Below, in pieces: positions 1-12,313 of a stretch of DNA of 64,000 bases; within the stretch, counting starts at the first letter, position 1; the number at the start of each line of letters is the position of its first letter. The stretch spans positions 42,718,001 to 42,782,000 of the forward strand of contig NC_043013.1 in the NCBI RefSeq assembly GCF_006345805.1, given 5' to 3'. Source of the DNA: Octopus sinensis. Taxonomy: Eukaryota. Under the pieces are notes generated by a model that was not told where the DNA came from, ran no database searches, and saw only the letters and a program-made list of their open reading frames with translations. Both the position numbers and the translations under genes were made by a program.

Positions 1-94
1 GAATACACCACTTACATCCGAGAACCAGGTCTCTCTCTACTGGACATCTTACTCAACTTCCCATCTGTTATGCCACCATTTGAACGAATTTTAG
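1..94 (+). CDS. MTRR: MTRR exon (partial), EYTTYIREPGLSLLDILLNFPSVMPPFERIL
   Basis: Open frame from base 1, donor GTAACT at 95; resembles the MTRR LLDLLLAFPS segment. Confidence 0.88.
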   Translation, partial: NTPLTSENQVSLYWTSYSTSHLLCHHLNEF

Positions 95-363
95 GTAACT
101 TCATTGCATTATTATTTAACTATGTTTTACATGCACTTTCTCTCACTGTCTATATTTATATTTATATATATACACTTTATTTAAAAGCAGCAGGAATATA
201 GCAAAAGCTGTTACTCAGAGTTTCACGTTCCTGTTTGGAACGTGAAACTCTGAGTAACAGCTTTTGTTATATTTCTGCTGCTTTTAAATAAAGCATATTA
301 CTCTGCCTCTGGTATTTGAGTACTCTTTTTTTCACCTTGTTTCACATTTATGTGCTTACTCTA

Positions 364-403
<40 letters not shown>

Positions 404-3400
404 CCTTAAAATCCTTAAAAATGTTTTAGCCCGAAGACGGAGATGTACTTGCATAGCAAGTGATCTGATCTGAGATCGTGTGCTGGAACAAAAACAATTG
501 CAGCGTGGAAGGTGTTTATAAGCCATTTAAGAAACACACAAAAACTGTTAGATTCACTTCAACATTTAAATTTAATTTGTCAAAATATTTTCATCGCTTT
601 GAAACTGTGACCTGTTCACTGACAAAATTCCGTGCTGTGATATTGACAAATCATAAAGATGGCGAAATGCTAATATCTATTTCTCCTGTAATGGGGCCTG
701 ATGCGAATTATCTCGCTTGTCTGTCACTTCCAGGTATTTTAACACCAGGCAAATTGATGAGAATATATTCTCTTACGCCTACAATTCGCAGCCTGCCCAC
801 ATACTGATAAAACACATATCTTGTGTATGTGTGCTCAATATTGTTTATATCCCTCAGGCAGCTTCTCATTCATATTTGAATATATACATACATATATATA
901 TATATATAGTTATAGATCTTCCTCTCTTTGTCTCCCTCTCTCATTCTCTTATTTCAATATCTATATCATTGTATCTGTCAAAGACATCCATAAGTGCTCA
1001 TGTAAATACATATATATACACACACTTGCTAACACCACACACACACACTCTCTCTCTTTCCCCCCTCTCTCTCACTTTCTCTATCTCTCCTTCCCTCCCT
1101 CTTTATATATCTATCTACCATTCATAGACCCACATATGTACCTACACATTTGCTAATATCACCCACACATACACACACACACTTGTAAAGAATACGTTAA
1201 CTATAAATTTTAACTCATTCTGTTACTAAAATATTTTGGTATTGTTTTTCTCATGACTGCATTGAAAACATAAACATAAAATCTAGTCTAAATAGATATT
1301 CTCTGTCCTAATATATATCCTCCTTCTTTCTTCACTATTGTAGAACTTCTTCCCAGATTGCAGCCAAGGCCTTATTCTGTTGCAAGGTGTGTATGTGTGA
1401 GAGAGAAAGCCACAGTCATGCTGTGTCTCTTCCTCACTTCCCCTTCACTGTTTACTCACATGTCCCTTAACTTTTCAGCATTCAAATCAGTCATATAAGA
1501 CCCAAATATTCAACTTGTTTTATTTTCAAACTAACCGGATCAGCCCTCTCACACTTACCTTACAATTTCGTTCTAAAAATAGACGATCACATAATCGAAA
1601 TATCAAAACTATGAGATCGTGCATGATTGATTCAAAACTATGCAAATAAATAAGCATTACAATTGACAGAGTAATCTGAATGTAAAGAGTTAAACTAATG
1701 GAAGGTTGGGTGGGGGTTACACATTGTTGCTCAGCTTTCCAGAAATAGCTCTCCTTGTTTCTTTTTATTTCAATTAAAAACACACTATTTCTTTCCATCA
1801 ACATCATTGACATCCGTCTTCCATGCCGGCGTGGGTTGGATGGTTCAGCAGAGGATGGTGCCAAGGTTCCAGTGTCAGCTTTGGCATGGTTTCTACAGTC
1901 AGATGCCCTTCTTAATGTCAACCACTTTACAAGAAAGTACTGGGTGCTTTTTACATGGCACCAGCACCAGTGAGGTCACCAACACCTCACTGGTACCAGT
2001 ATCTATAAGTGATAGAATGATATAGATACTGAAATGTAAGAGAATAAGCAAGGGAGATAAAGAGAAGAGAAAGAGAGTAAGATCTATCTATCTATTATAT
2101 ATATATTGTTGTCTGTTCCTTCTCGAGCCACGCCTGGCTCATAGGGCCGGTTTCCCAGTTTCCTTGGCATATAGGTTCCCCACCTGGACGGGATGCCGGT
2201 CCATTGCAGGTGAACTGCAAGATGAAGGGGGAAAGAGTCAGCAGAAGTTCGCTATTGCCTTCTGCCGAAGCCGCGTGGAGCTTAGGTGTTTTGCTCATAA
2301 ACACACACATTGCCCGGTCCAAGATTCGAACCCACGATCCCTCAACTCTAACCACTAGGTCATGTGCCTCCACATTATATATATATATATATATATATAT
2401 AGTATTTATTAATAGGAGCTGGATTTTGTATTAGGCCTTTATTGTGTACAACATATGTGTGTATGTATGTATTTAGATAAACAGACAGAAAGAGAAAGTG
2501 TATGTAAAACATAGTTAACGATAAAATGAGATGAAGTTATCTAAATTTCATTCAAATCGTGGAATAACAGATGGGAAGTTAAGCAAGATGTCCAGGGGAG
2601 AGAGAGACTTGGTTCTCAGATGTAAATGGTGTATTCACTCATTTCTTCCTTGCTGCACAGTTTTTGCAAAACAAGATCCTTCACCTGAGTAGGGAGGTTG
2701 ACATTGAATGAGGTGGCTTTATGCCAGGTGATGTGTATGCTAGAGGGATAGGAACATATGGCTTGCTGTAGGGGAAGTGCATGGTTGCCCTTGTTGGTAA
2801 AAAGAGATGGTGGTAAAGATGCACCAGGGTATACCCTCACATCACATGACGGTGAATACAAGGGAAGTGGTGACAAATACATTGTCATCCCTCTCCTGCT
2901 CCTTTATTTGTTCTTTCTCCCATTTTCTTCTTTGATGCCGCCTGACTGGCGTCTGTGTTGGTGACACGTAAAAAGCACCATCCGATCGTGGCCGTTTGCC
3001 AGCCTCCTCTGGCCCCAGTGCTGGTGGCATGTCAAAAGCACCCACTACACTCACAGAGTGGTTGGCATTAGGAAGGGCATCCAGCCATAAAAACTCTGCC
3101 AGATCAGACTGGAGCCTGGTGCAGCCTCCTGGCTTCCCAGACCCCGGTCGAACCATCCAACCCATGCTAGCATGGAAAACGGACGTTAAACGATGATGAT
3201 GATGATCTCTTGCCTGTTTCTCTCAATATTTCTCCTGACACTCTTCCCCTCCTCTCTCTTCCTTCCACTCTGCTTCTTCCCTCTCTTCCTCCTACTCCAC
3301 CATGTCTCCCTTCCATCTCATTTCTGTTTCTCTTGATTCACAGTTCCCAGGAAACCGATAAGAACAAACTACACGTAGTCTTCAATGTCGTTCAGATTCC

Positions 3401-4186
3401 CGCTGGGCGGGGTCGACGCTACCACCGCCAGGGTATCTGCACTGGCTGGCTTGAGCAGCTTACTCTCAGTCTACAGTCTGACTCAAAGACAGATCAGAAA
3501 GATCTACCAGCCTCTCTAGGTTCTCTGTCTTTAGCTGAGAAACCAATTGTAAGTATAAACTTTATTGATCTCCCTTAATATACCATTGACAATGCCTCTC
3601 CCTCCAACACGTACATCATCATTTTAACGACTGCTTATGCAGCTTATATCTGTTGGTAAAAATGTACAATGTGAAAATACCACAAAGTTGTAGGAACTCT
3701 GGGGAGAAAAGATTACCTTTTATCCTCTCAGGGTTGATAAAATTAGTACCATTTGTGCCTCTGATAGAAAGAATTGTTGCTGTTGCTGTTGTTGTTGGTG
3801 TTGGCAGCAGTGGCGGTGTTAAAGGCAGCAAGCTGGCAGAATTATTATGAGTTCAAATTCCACCGAGGTCGACTTTGCCTTTAATCCTTTCAGGATCAAT
3901 TAAATAAGTACTAGTTACACACTGGAGTCGATGTAATCTACTTAATCCCTTCCCCTCAAGTTTCAGGCCTTGTGCCTACAGCAGACAGTGGAAAGGTTTA
4001 TTATTATTAAGGCAGCAAGCTGGCAGAATCGTTAGCACACCAGGCAAAATGTCTAGCAGCATTTCATCCATTTTACATTCTGAGTTCAAATTCTGCCAAG
4101 GTCAACTTTGCCTTTCATCCTTTCAGGATTGACAAAATAAATACCAGTTTGAACACTGACTATTCCCCTCTCCCAAAATTTGAGAC

Positions 4187-4223
<37 letters not shown>

Positions 4224-5522
4224 TATTATTTATTATTATTATTATTATATTATTATTATTATAGATATCTTTCTTCACAAGAACCAATCAACGCTTTCAT
4301 TTACCATCGGATTCCAAAACTCCACTAATTATGATTGGTCCAGGGACTGGCGTTGCTCCATTCATAGGCTTTTTGCAGCACCGTCACCATATATCAAAGA
4401 CTCAGCCTCTTAGTGAAGCCTGGTTGTTCTATGGCTGTCGGCATCAGAAAAAGGACTTCCTTTATCAGTAAGTTTCTTGTGTATTTCCTTTACTTTTACA
4501 TTCTGTGGTTCGGCAAAAGAGACCAATAGAATTAGTACCAGACTTAAAAATAGGTACTGGGGTTGAATTGTCCAACTAAACTTTTCAAGGTGGTGTCTCA
4601 ACATGGCCACAGTCCACTAGTTGAAACAAGTAAAAGATAAATGACATCTCATTTTGTTCACTTTTGTTTATTCTTTTCACCTTTACTGATTGATTTTACA
4701 GGGATGAAATTGAGAAGTTTCTTGAGCAGGGATGCCTCTCCAAATTCTTTGTGTGTTTCTCTCGCGATGAACAACCTGAAGAATCACCAAGATATATTCA
4801 AGATAACCTCCAACGTAACAGCAAGGAGCTTGTTGACATGTTAGACAAGGATGCCATCGTTTATGTGTGTGGTGATGCAAAGAACATGGCTAAGGATGTT
4901 TGTGCAGCCTTCACATCCATTTTGGCTTCTGAGAAAGGTAAGTGTCATAGGGGACATTAGAGAAATTCTACTTTTTGAAAGAGTGACTTTGGTCATTATC
5001 ATACGAAATTATTAAATTGAAGCATCGGATCTTTACCTTTTGACCTACAGATTTAAAAAATAATTTTTTGTAACTAAACACTTTCAAACTTCAGACACTG
5101 GTAGAATGTGTCATATAAAACATCTTTTACACTTAGCATTTTTGAGAAAAACTTACATTTACGAAGTAATTTTATTCAGCTGAATACATGTCATTGATTG
5201 GTTGAAATTACCAAAATAGGACTACTTTAATGTGAAATTACTTTGTAAAAATGGTTATTATGGATAAATTTTATTTTCATGAAATCAGTAAAGTGTTCTA
5301 AATTTTTTTCACATTTTCTTTGATATTTACAACAAACTACTCTATATTCAAATTTACCTTATCACAATGTTAGAGTACAGCCTCTTTTAATGTCCACAGT
5401 ATGCTAACAGTTGTTCATAATTTGTTTTGGGTTTATTTTTAGGTGTATCACTTGAAGAGGCTAACAAAATTCTGATGAAACTTCGACTAGATAAACGATA
5501 TCTAGAAGACATCTGGACATAA
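1..5522 (+). CDS. MTRR: Methionine synthase reductase, 3' part (6 exons, 5'-truncated by window edge)
   Basis: Exons 1-94, 1344-1386, 3344-3548, 4265-4467, 4702-4937 and 5443-5522 join via GT-AG introns with matching phases (861 nt, 286 aa + TAA). Diflavin-reductase FAD/NADPH motifs: LPRLQPRPYS, GICTGWL, MIGPGTGVAPFIGFLQHR, WLFYGCR, VYVCGDAKNMAKDV. The C-terminus KRYLEDIWT matches the recalled MTRR end (KRYLQDIWS). Confidence 0.93.
175..293. repeat. 57-bp-arm inverted repeat (foldback) in MTRR intron; Penelope-type terminal-repeat relic
   Basis: Arms 175-231 and 237-293, loop TGTTT; 55 Watson-Crick pairs plus 2 G-U pairs. The adjacent 276-361 closely resembles 51937-52021, just upstream of the Penelope ORF. 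Confidence 0.85.
1344..1386 (+). CDS. MTRR: MTRR exon, ELLPRLQPRPYSVAS
   Basis: Acceptor tattgtag, donor GT at 1387; RxYS FAD-binding motif. Confidence 0.9.
1525..1695 (-). mobile_element. Partial piggyBac-like MITE
   Basis: Shares ctctcacacttacctt...gagtaatctgaatg...ttaa with the intact copy at 26305-26524. Confidence 0.6.
1795..1980 (-). mobile_element. SINE family S1 ((GAT)n tail)
   Basis: Reverse complement of aaaaagcaccc...ggaagggcatc...aacccatgc...gatgatg. Confidence 0.7.
2110..2372 (-). mobile_element. SINE family S4 (tRNA-derived head)
   Basis: Same family as 9872-10163, 27373-27600 and 40355-40560; head ggaggc.c.atg..ctagtggttag...gttcgaatc. Confidence 0.7.
2950..3208 (+). mobile_element. 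SINE family S1
   Basis: aaaagcacccactacactcac...cccatgctagcatggaaaacggacgttaaac(gat)n; other copies at 16465, 18161, 27703, 31490, 33120, 33255 and 42330. Confidence 0.8.
3344..3548 (+). CDS. MTRR: MTRR exon (LHVVFNVV...GICTGWL)
   Basis: Acceptor ttcacag, donor GTAAGT at 3549; contained in ORF 3210..3578. Confidence 0.9.
3825..4175 (+). mobile_element. Two tandem SINE S3 copies
   Basis: ggcagcaagctggcagaa...gagttcaaattc...ctttgcctttcatcctttc.ggg..gataaa.taagtacc; the central domain resembles the recalled MetaSINE/Sauria core. Confidence 0.75.
4265..4467 (+). CDS. MTRR: MTRR exon (MIGPGTGVAPF...WLFYGCR)
   Basis: Acceptor atag at 4261-4264, donor GTAAGT at 4468; NADPH-binding motif. Confidence 0.92.
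4702..4937 (+). CDS. MTRR: MTRR exon (FSRD...YVCGDAKNMAKDV)
   Basis: Acceptor ttttacag, donor GTAAGT at 4938. Confidence 0.93.
5443..5522 (+). CDS. MTRR: MTRR terminal coding exon (…KRYLEDIWT*)
   Basis: Acceptor tttttag; stop TAA at 5520-5522. Confidence 0.93.
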
Positions 5523-5695
5523 ACATCGTCTGGAGTAGACCAACATATGGACTTGAATTTCATTTGGCAAACATCTCAAAATACACTTTATCTTGTGAGC
5601 ATTTGGATGTGGACTTCATCCGATGGGCATCCAAATACAGATTACAGCTAGCAGATACCTGAATATTAATTTACACCTGACAATCATCTAGTCAG

Positions 5696-5701
5696 AATAA
5701 A
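5696..5701 (+). terminator. Candidate MTRR polyadenylation signal AATAAA
   Basis: First AATAAA after the stop, 174 nt downstream; usage unverified. Confidence 0.45.
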
Positions 5702-6284
5702 ACTGGTGTACATCCTAGACATATACGTATATAGTGCACCTGAGCACTCTATACAATAAGTTCGTTATATTATATAGTTCATCTGGATGTCAACATAATC
5801 TAGTGACTGTCTCAAAAATAATAAATCTTTTTCATCCTGTGATTACAGCAAAAGAAAAAAAACATTTAATTCCTTTTCAATTAATTAATATCAAACTCCT
5901 ATTTTCAAAAATCAAATTGAAAACCAGATTGTATCAGATGATATCGAATGGTGTCTGGTGAACTGATGTGATATTTATAGTAAATACTGGTGGGAACCTC
6001 TACCAAGTCACACAACAGAAATATAGGAAGGTAAATTTCTTTAAATTGCATTTGTTATCCTTTTTAGGACACACTACACACAACAAGACAGTATATACTG
6101 TAAAGTAAGTGATCTCAAACACAAAACAAAATCCTTAAAAACTTGATTTTTGTTGTTGAGGACAGATTACCATTGCTATTGATGTGTGCCTGAGGCATGG
6201 TCATTGCCAAATGAAAATTATCCTCTTCCACCTCCTCCCCGCTCCTTCCAAGGTCCCCTTTTTTGCTTTCATCCTTCTAGGGGT

Positions 6285-7290
6285 TGATAAAATAAAGTAC
6301 TGGAGTTGATGGTATCAACTTATTGCCTTCAAACAAAATTGCTGGCCTTGTGCCTAAATTATAAAGCATTATTATTATTATTCTTTTTCTTCTCTTCCTC
6401 CTCCTCCTCCTCCTTTATGTTCTGAGTTCAAATTCTGCCAAGGTTAACTTTGCCTTTCATCCTTTTGGGGTTGATAAATTAAGTCCCAGTTAGGCACTGG
6501 AGTGAATGTAATTGACTGGTCCCTTCTCCCAAAATTTCAGGCTTTGTGTCTATAGTAGAAAGGATTATTATTGTTGTTGTTATTATGAAGGCAGCGAGCT
6601 GACAGAATCATTAGGATACGGGGTGAAATGCTTAGCGGTATTTCATCCATCTTCATGTTCTGAGTTCAAATTCTGCTGAGGTCAGCTTTGCCTTTTATCC
6701 TTTCAGGGTTGATAAATTAATTGCCAGCGAAACACTGGGGTCAATGTAATTGACTTCTCCCCGACCCACAAATTTCAGGCCTTCTGCCTTTAGTAGAAAG
6801 GATTATTATTATTATTATTATGGCATCATGCCGACAGAATCATTGGAAAAAAATACTTTGCTGTATTTCTTCCAACTCTTTATGTTCTGAGTTCAAATCC
6901 TCCTGAGGTCAACTTTGCCTTTCATCCTTTTGGGGGTCAATAAAATAAGGATCAATTGACCGGCTGAGCACTGGGATTGATGTAATTAACTATCCCCCTC
7001 CCTTAAAATTTTAGGCTTTGTGCCTATAGTAGAAAGGATTATTGTTATTATAATTATTATTATTATTATTAATAGGGCAGTAGATTGGCAGAATCGACAG
7101 AGCGTCGGACAAAAGGTATTCAGCTCTGGGTCTTTATGTTTTGAGTTCAGATTCCACTGAGGTCAACTTTACCTTTTATCCTTTCATGGTTAATAAAATC
7201 AAGTACTAGTCAAGTACTGGGGGTAGATGGTATCAATTACCATTCCTCCTCTATCAAAATTGATGGCCTTGTGCCTAAATTAAAACAATA
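6285..7290 (+). mobile_element. Head-to-tail array of about 5 SINE S3 copies separated by (ATT)n tails
   Basis: Repeated ttctgagttcaaattc...ctttgcctttcatcc...ggccttgtgcct...gaaaggattattatt units starting near 6285, 6415, 6590, 6820 and 7075. Confidence 0.8.
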
Positions 7291-8042
7291 ATTATTATTA
7301 TTATTTACTTTATTATTATTATTATTATTATTTACTTTTTTATTACTATTGTTGTTATTGTTATCATTATTGTTGTTAATATTATTGAAGTGCCTTTTTT
7401 TCTTCATGTTGAACTTACGTAGAATTGTCTATATATGGAGTGATCTTGCCAACTATACTTATTATCATGCACGTAATTTGTGTTTGTGTGTGTATGTATA
7501 TGCACATGTGTGTTCATGTATGCTGAATATATATATATTTCAAAATAATGTACACACACACACTTCAAAGTTTCATATTCACAAATTATGTGCACAATCT
7601 CCACAGACTGTTTGTGTTTGTTTTTATATTTCAAATCTCAATATGATAACAATTTTTAATTTTAATTTTTTTTTTTCACTTTTATAATAAACAAACCTTA
7701 GATAATCGATCTAGATTGTTTACCACAACATTGCTACACAAACTTAACATTTCTCTTCACTCCTCAATAGTTTAAAACTCAACAGAGAGAAAATACAACT
7801 GAAATTTTGTGTGATTCTGGTTGTTCTTCTAATATATGAATATAATAGTGAAGTTTGTGAGTTTGAATAAGAACAAGAGAGAATGAAAGTGTTTCTTTCA
7901 CAGTCAAAGAATTAGATACAAAACATCTATATGCCTTTCTTCTCAAACACGTGCACACAAACTTCACTGTAGAATTTTGATCAATACAAACCACCACCAG
8001 TTTTCTCATAACTACTTTATGTTTAATAATAAACTTTATGTT

Positions 8043-8198
8043 TCATCTGTCTGCACGTTCTGAGTTCAAATTCTGCCGAGGTCGACTTTGCCTCCTTTTG
8101 GAGTCAGTAAAATAAGTACCAGTTAAACACTGGGGTTGATGTAATCGACTCATCTACCTCCCCCAAAATTGCTACCCTTCCAGCAAAGTTTAAAACCA

Positions 8199-8232
<34 letters not shown>

Positions 8233-8295
8233 TATATATATAGATATACAGGATGGTACAAAAGTTTGGACCCATAGGCAATTTATTATATAACA
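8043..8295 (+). repeat. SINE S3 + (TA)n + Tc1-like TIR block, duplicated at 12793-13045
   Basis: Near-identical sequence across the SINE/microsatellite/TIR junctions at both sites. Confidence 0.75.
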
Positions 8296-9354
8296 GTAAT
8301 GATTTATCATGAATTTCTGTGGTTGGAAAGTTTCTCTCCAAAGCACAGGTTTAGATGTATGTGTATGTAGATTTGTGTTGTGTGTGTGTGGGGGGGGGTG
8401 TTCAAGTTTGTTTAACTAATGAACACACACCCCCATATAAACAGATATACATCTATTGCTTCAAGAGCAAGAAGGAAAGTACTCAAGACATGTTGTAGAG
8501 TATAGCGATATGTGGAAGTAGTTTTGTCCAGTAACAGCAAAACATAGATAAGAGAAAATGATAAGTAGCACAAAAAAAACTCATAAGCATGTTGTGTGCT
8601 TGTGTGCATAAAACCCCAAATTCATCATCGTCAACCTCAAATTTATTTATTGTCAGCTTTGATTATGTTGTTGTCATCATCACCTTCAATTTCATCATCA
8701 TCAACTTAAATGCTGTCACTGTAGGATGGAGCAAATTTTTTCTTAATGGATAGACATTGACATCAGGGATTACTTATCACAGAATCGTAAAAGAATGTAA
8801 GCATTAAAAAATTTAGTAAAGGATTACAAGTTTTGATCACTAACAATTACTACACCTTACATTGCTAGGCATGGCTGTGTGGTAAGATGCTTGCTTCCCA
8901 AACACATGGTTCCAGGTTCAGTACAGAACACCCTTAATATAAAATGTGATGTTTTTTTTTTATTTTAAAAATAGCTGTATAATATAAACATGTCAATTTG
9001 ATTCAAATATGTGACAGAAAAGTTTGGTCATTGCTTCCCCAGCTAGAAAGATCACCGCACGCCCCTGCTGTTGAGTAATGTTACTTCAGAGTTCCTTCGT
9101 AGGAATCCTATTTTCGGCTGCTTGTATTCGCAATCATTACTCTTTCGGTCATTACCCAACATTTATAGCATGATAATCAACCAGAAGGTAGCACGTTTGG
9201 CTTTTTTTCCGACCTCTTCTCTTCTGAGGATTGAATGCTGAAGCTGGCACATAACTGTACCAGCGCCTGCAATTCTAGTGTGTTCCAAAAAAAAAAATAC
9301 CGCACAAGCATCTTCAGTAATCAAAGTCAGTTCAATGTCAATCAATAAACATAT

Positions 9355-9712
9355 TTGAGTGGTAAAAAGCTTGCTTCCCAACCACAAGGTTTTGGGTTCA
9401 ATCCCACTGCATGACACTAGAGCTAGTGTCTTCTGCTATTGCTATTGCTCCAGGGTTGACCAAAGCCTTGTGAGTGGGTTCAGTTGGTGGAAATTGAAAA
9501 AAGTTATGCATATATACATGTGTATGTGTCTTTGTGTTCCCCTCCCCCCCCTCCTCTGCTTGACAACCAATGTTGATTTGTTTAGGTCCCTGCAAGAATA
9601 ACTATCAGACTTTAAGAAAATACTGGGGGTCAGTTTGTTCAGCTGAACCCTTCAAGGTGGTACCCCAGCTTGGCCACAGTCTAATGACTTAAACAAGTAA
9701 AGGGTAAAAGAG
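9355..9712 (+). mobile_element. SINE family S2 (degraded)
   Basis: gtggtaaaaagcttgcttcccaacc...ttgacaacc.atg...gaaacaagtaaa. Confidence 0.65.
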
Positions 9713-9871
9713 AAATCAACACAGAACTGGTTTTGATTACCAAAGATGACCCAGCTGGATTGAAGAGAGTTAAGAAATGGGAACAGTGAACAAAAGTTTA
9801 AACTGATGTTATTTATTTTTCTCTTTGTCATGTTGTGTGTGTGTATGTGTATATAGTATAGTATTTTTTTT

Positions 9872-10163
9872 ATGCGCCCTTTTCAAGCCTAGCCAGGCTC
9901 ATGGGCCCGGTTTCCCAGTTTCTGTGGCATATGTGTTTCCCCCTAGCTAGATGGGACGCCAGTCCATCTCAGCATTACTCAAGAAACAAGAAGAGAGAGT
10001 GAGAGAAAGTTGGGGTGAAAGAGTACAACAGGGGTCACCACTACCCCCTGCTGGAGCCTTGTGCAGCTTTAAGTGTTTGTGCTCAATAAGCACACACAAC
10101 GCCCGGTCTGGGAATCGAAATCGTGAGTCTGCTGCCCTAACCACTGGGCCATTGTGCCTCCAT
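9872..10163 (-). mobile_element. SINE family S4
   Basis: Reverse complement reads ggaggcacaatggcccagtggttagggcagc...; near full length. Confidence 0.75.
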
Positions 10164-11129
10164 AGTATAGTATAGTATAACAAAACAAGACAGTGGAAAT
10201 TTTTTGATTTTATTTATTTTCCATTACACATGTTTCATTTCCTAGTAGGAATTACAAATATTTACATGTCTATATAACATGTAAATCTTTGTAATTCCTA
10301 TTGGCAAATGAAACAGATGAAATGGAAACAAAATAATACCAAAATAATTTACATGCTCCAGTTTGTTTATACAATAACCCTGCAAATAATATTTCCATAA
10401 TTCTTGATTTTTATATGTATTTTGACTTACGTACATCAGCAACCATGGATACTTATTGATTGTAATAACAGAATAAACAGCTGTGCTTCAAGAAGAAACA
10501 GCTGGGATTTACACTAACTACCTGTATTACACAATATAGTGTGTAGTTTTATGTACAGCTAATGTATACATATTTTCAACAATGCAAGGTGAAACAATTT
10601 TTATTTCACAAAACTTTTAATCCTTTACAAAACTTTTAACAGCAACAAGTAACCACTGATGTCAATGACTGTTCATAAAAAAAATTTACTCCATCCTACA
10701 CTAATGATATTTAAGCCTCTCAGATCTGGACCCCTCTGTCTAACTTTACCCCTCCACCTGGGCACCTGAGCGAAAAAAAATGACAAGTTGCATATACAGG
10801 TCATGAGTAACGATTTCAGGGAAATTAATGAACAGAATCAGCTGCATCTTCTTTTTTCTGCATATGTTGTTCATGACTGCCTTACCAGGAATTTGGCAGA
10901 GCTAACGTTTAATTTATTCCTGCTGGATTGGAAACACACGGCGTAATGGTTAAGTTGATGATGATGAAATTAATGTTAATGATGATAAATTCAAAATAGA
11001 CAACACAACATAATCGAGGCTAACAATAAACAAGTTTTAGGTTTTAATGCTGACAGACTGGAGGTTGAGATTGATAACGAAGAACTTGAGGTGGGTAGCC
11101 CTGTAATTTGGAGAGTTTTGAAATGAAAA

Positions 11130-11293
11130 GAGTGGCTGTGTGGTAAGTAGCTTGCTTACCAACTACATGGTTCCAGGTTCAGTCCCACTGCATGGCACCT
11201 TGGGCAAGTGTCTTTTAATATAGCCTCGGGCCAACCAAAGCCTTGTGAGTGGAGTTGGCAGATGGAAACTGAAAGAAGCCCGTCGTATGTATG

Positions 11294-11341
<48 letters not shown>

Positions 11342-11548
11342 ATACATATGTATGTGTGTGTCTGTGTTTGCCCCCCCCCCCACCACCACCACCACTCCCA
11401 TCAACATCGCTTGACAACTGATGTTGGTGTGTTTACGATAGAATAAGTACTAGGCTTCCAAGGAATAAGTCCTGGGGGTCGATTTGCTCGACTAAAGGCG
11501 GTACTCCAGCATGGCCACAGTCAAATGACTGAAACAAGTAAAAGAGAG
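11130..11548 (+). mobile_element. SINE family S2 (tRNA-derived, about 420 bp, internal (TA)n/(GT)n)
   Basis: gagtggctgtgtggtaagtagcttgc...ggcaccttgggcaagtgtc...ctccagcatggccacagtcaaatgactgaaacaagtaaaaga; about 10 copies in the window. Confidence 0.85.
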
Positions 11549-11941
11549 TTTAGGAAAAATTACATAAGGAAATGTTGAAATTATAAATTGTTGAAGCTAG
11601 TATTGATGATTTTTTTTAAAAACATATTTTGTGTAAATGGCTACACATGTAGTCACAGACATACATACACACACATTGCAATCACTTTTTAAACTTGACC
11701 TAATATTTGTTGATGACAGTAGCAATGACGATAACAATGATTGTGTTGATTGAATACTTGTTAATTTATGTAGTTTTTCTTTTCAATTTATGTTTGTGTG
11801 TGTTTGTGTTTCTGTGTGTCAGGTTATGCAACAATGTTTTGTAATTGGTTTACACTTGCTCAATAATGAGGTAAAACTCACTGATAAGCCTGCATTGTTT
11901 AAATTAACTTGTACACATACACAGAAACAAATGTGTGTGTG

Positions 11942-11983
<42 letters not shown>

Positions 11984-11990
11984 ATAAATA

Positions 11991-12176
11991 AAAATACAAA
12001 ATGGGACAAGAACGCAAAACATCCATATAGACGATACAAAAACACGGACGGGTCATTCGAAGCCTTTAATCTTCGATCAAGAACTGGATCATCCTTGCAA
12101 TTTCAGCTGATTAATCTTGAGATTGCTCCAATCTGGCCAGCCCCAAGTTTTGCATTCTTGTCCCATTTTGTATTTT
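11991..12176. mobile_element. Small element with 30-bp terminal inverted repeats
   Basis: aaaatacaaaatgggacaagaacgcaaaac at 11991-12020 pairs with gttttgcattcttgtcccattttgtatttt at 12147-12176. Confidence 0.65.
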
Positions 12177-12186
12177 TTTACATATA

Positions 12187-12313
12187 CAGTGTGTCCACAA
12201 AGTCTGGGTACATGGAGATTAACACATACTTTAAGAAATTACTATTTCTTATATTTAATTGCTTATGTTATGATTTTATTTATTCCATGTACCCAGACTT
12301 TGTGGACACCCTG
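12187..12313. mobile_element. Tc1/mariner-type MITE (127 bp, TA flanks)
   Basis: TIRs cag.gtgtccacaaagtctgggtacatgga / tccatgtacccagactttgtggacaccctg, flanked by TA. Confidence 0.8.

Noticed and set aside
717-1156. ORFs rich in Y/I/H/S/L
   Set aside because: Read-through of (TA)n/(CA)n/(CT)n inside an MTRR intron.
9050-9300. CpG-richer segment with LLVDYHAIN on the minus strand (RT-like)
   Set aside because: Single weak motif with no supporting context.
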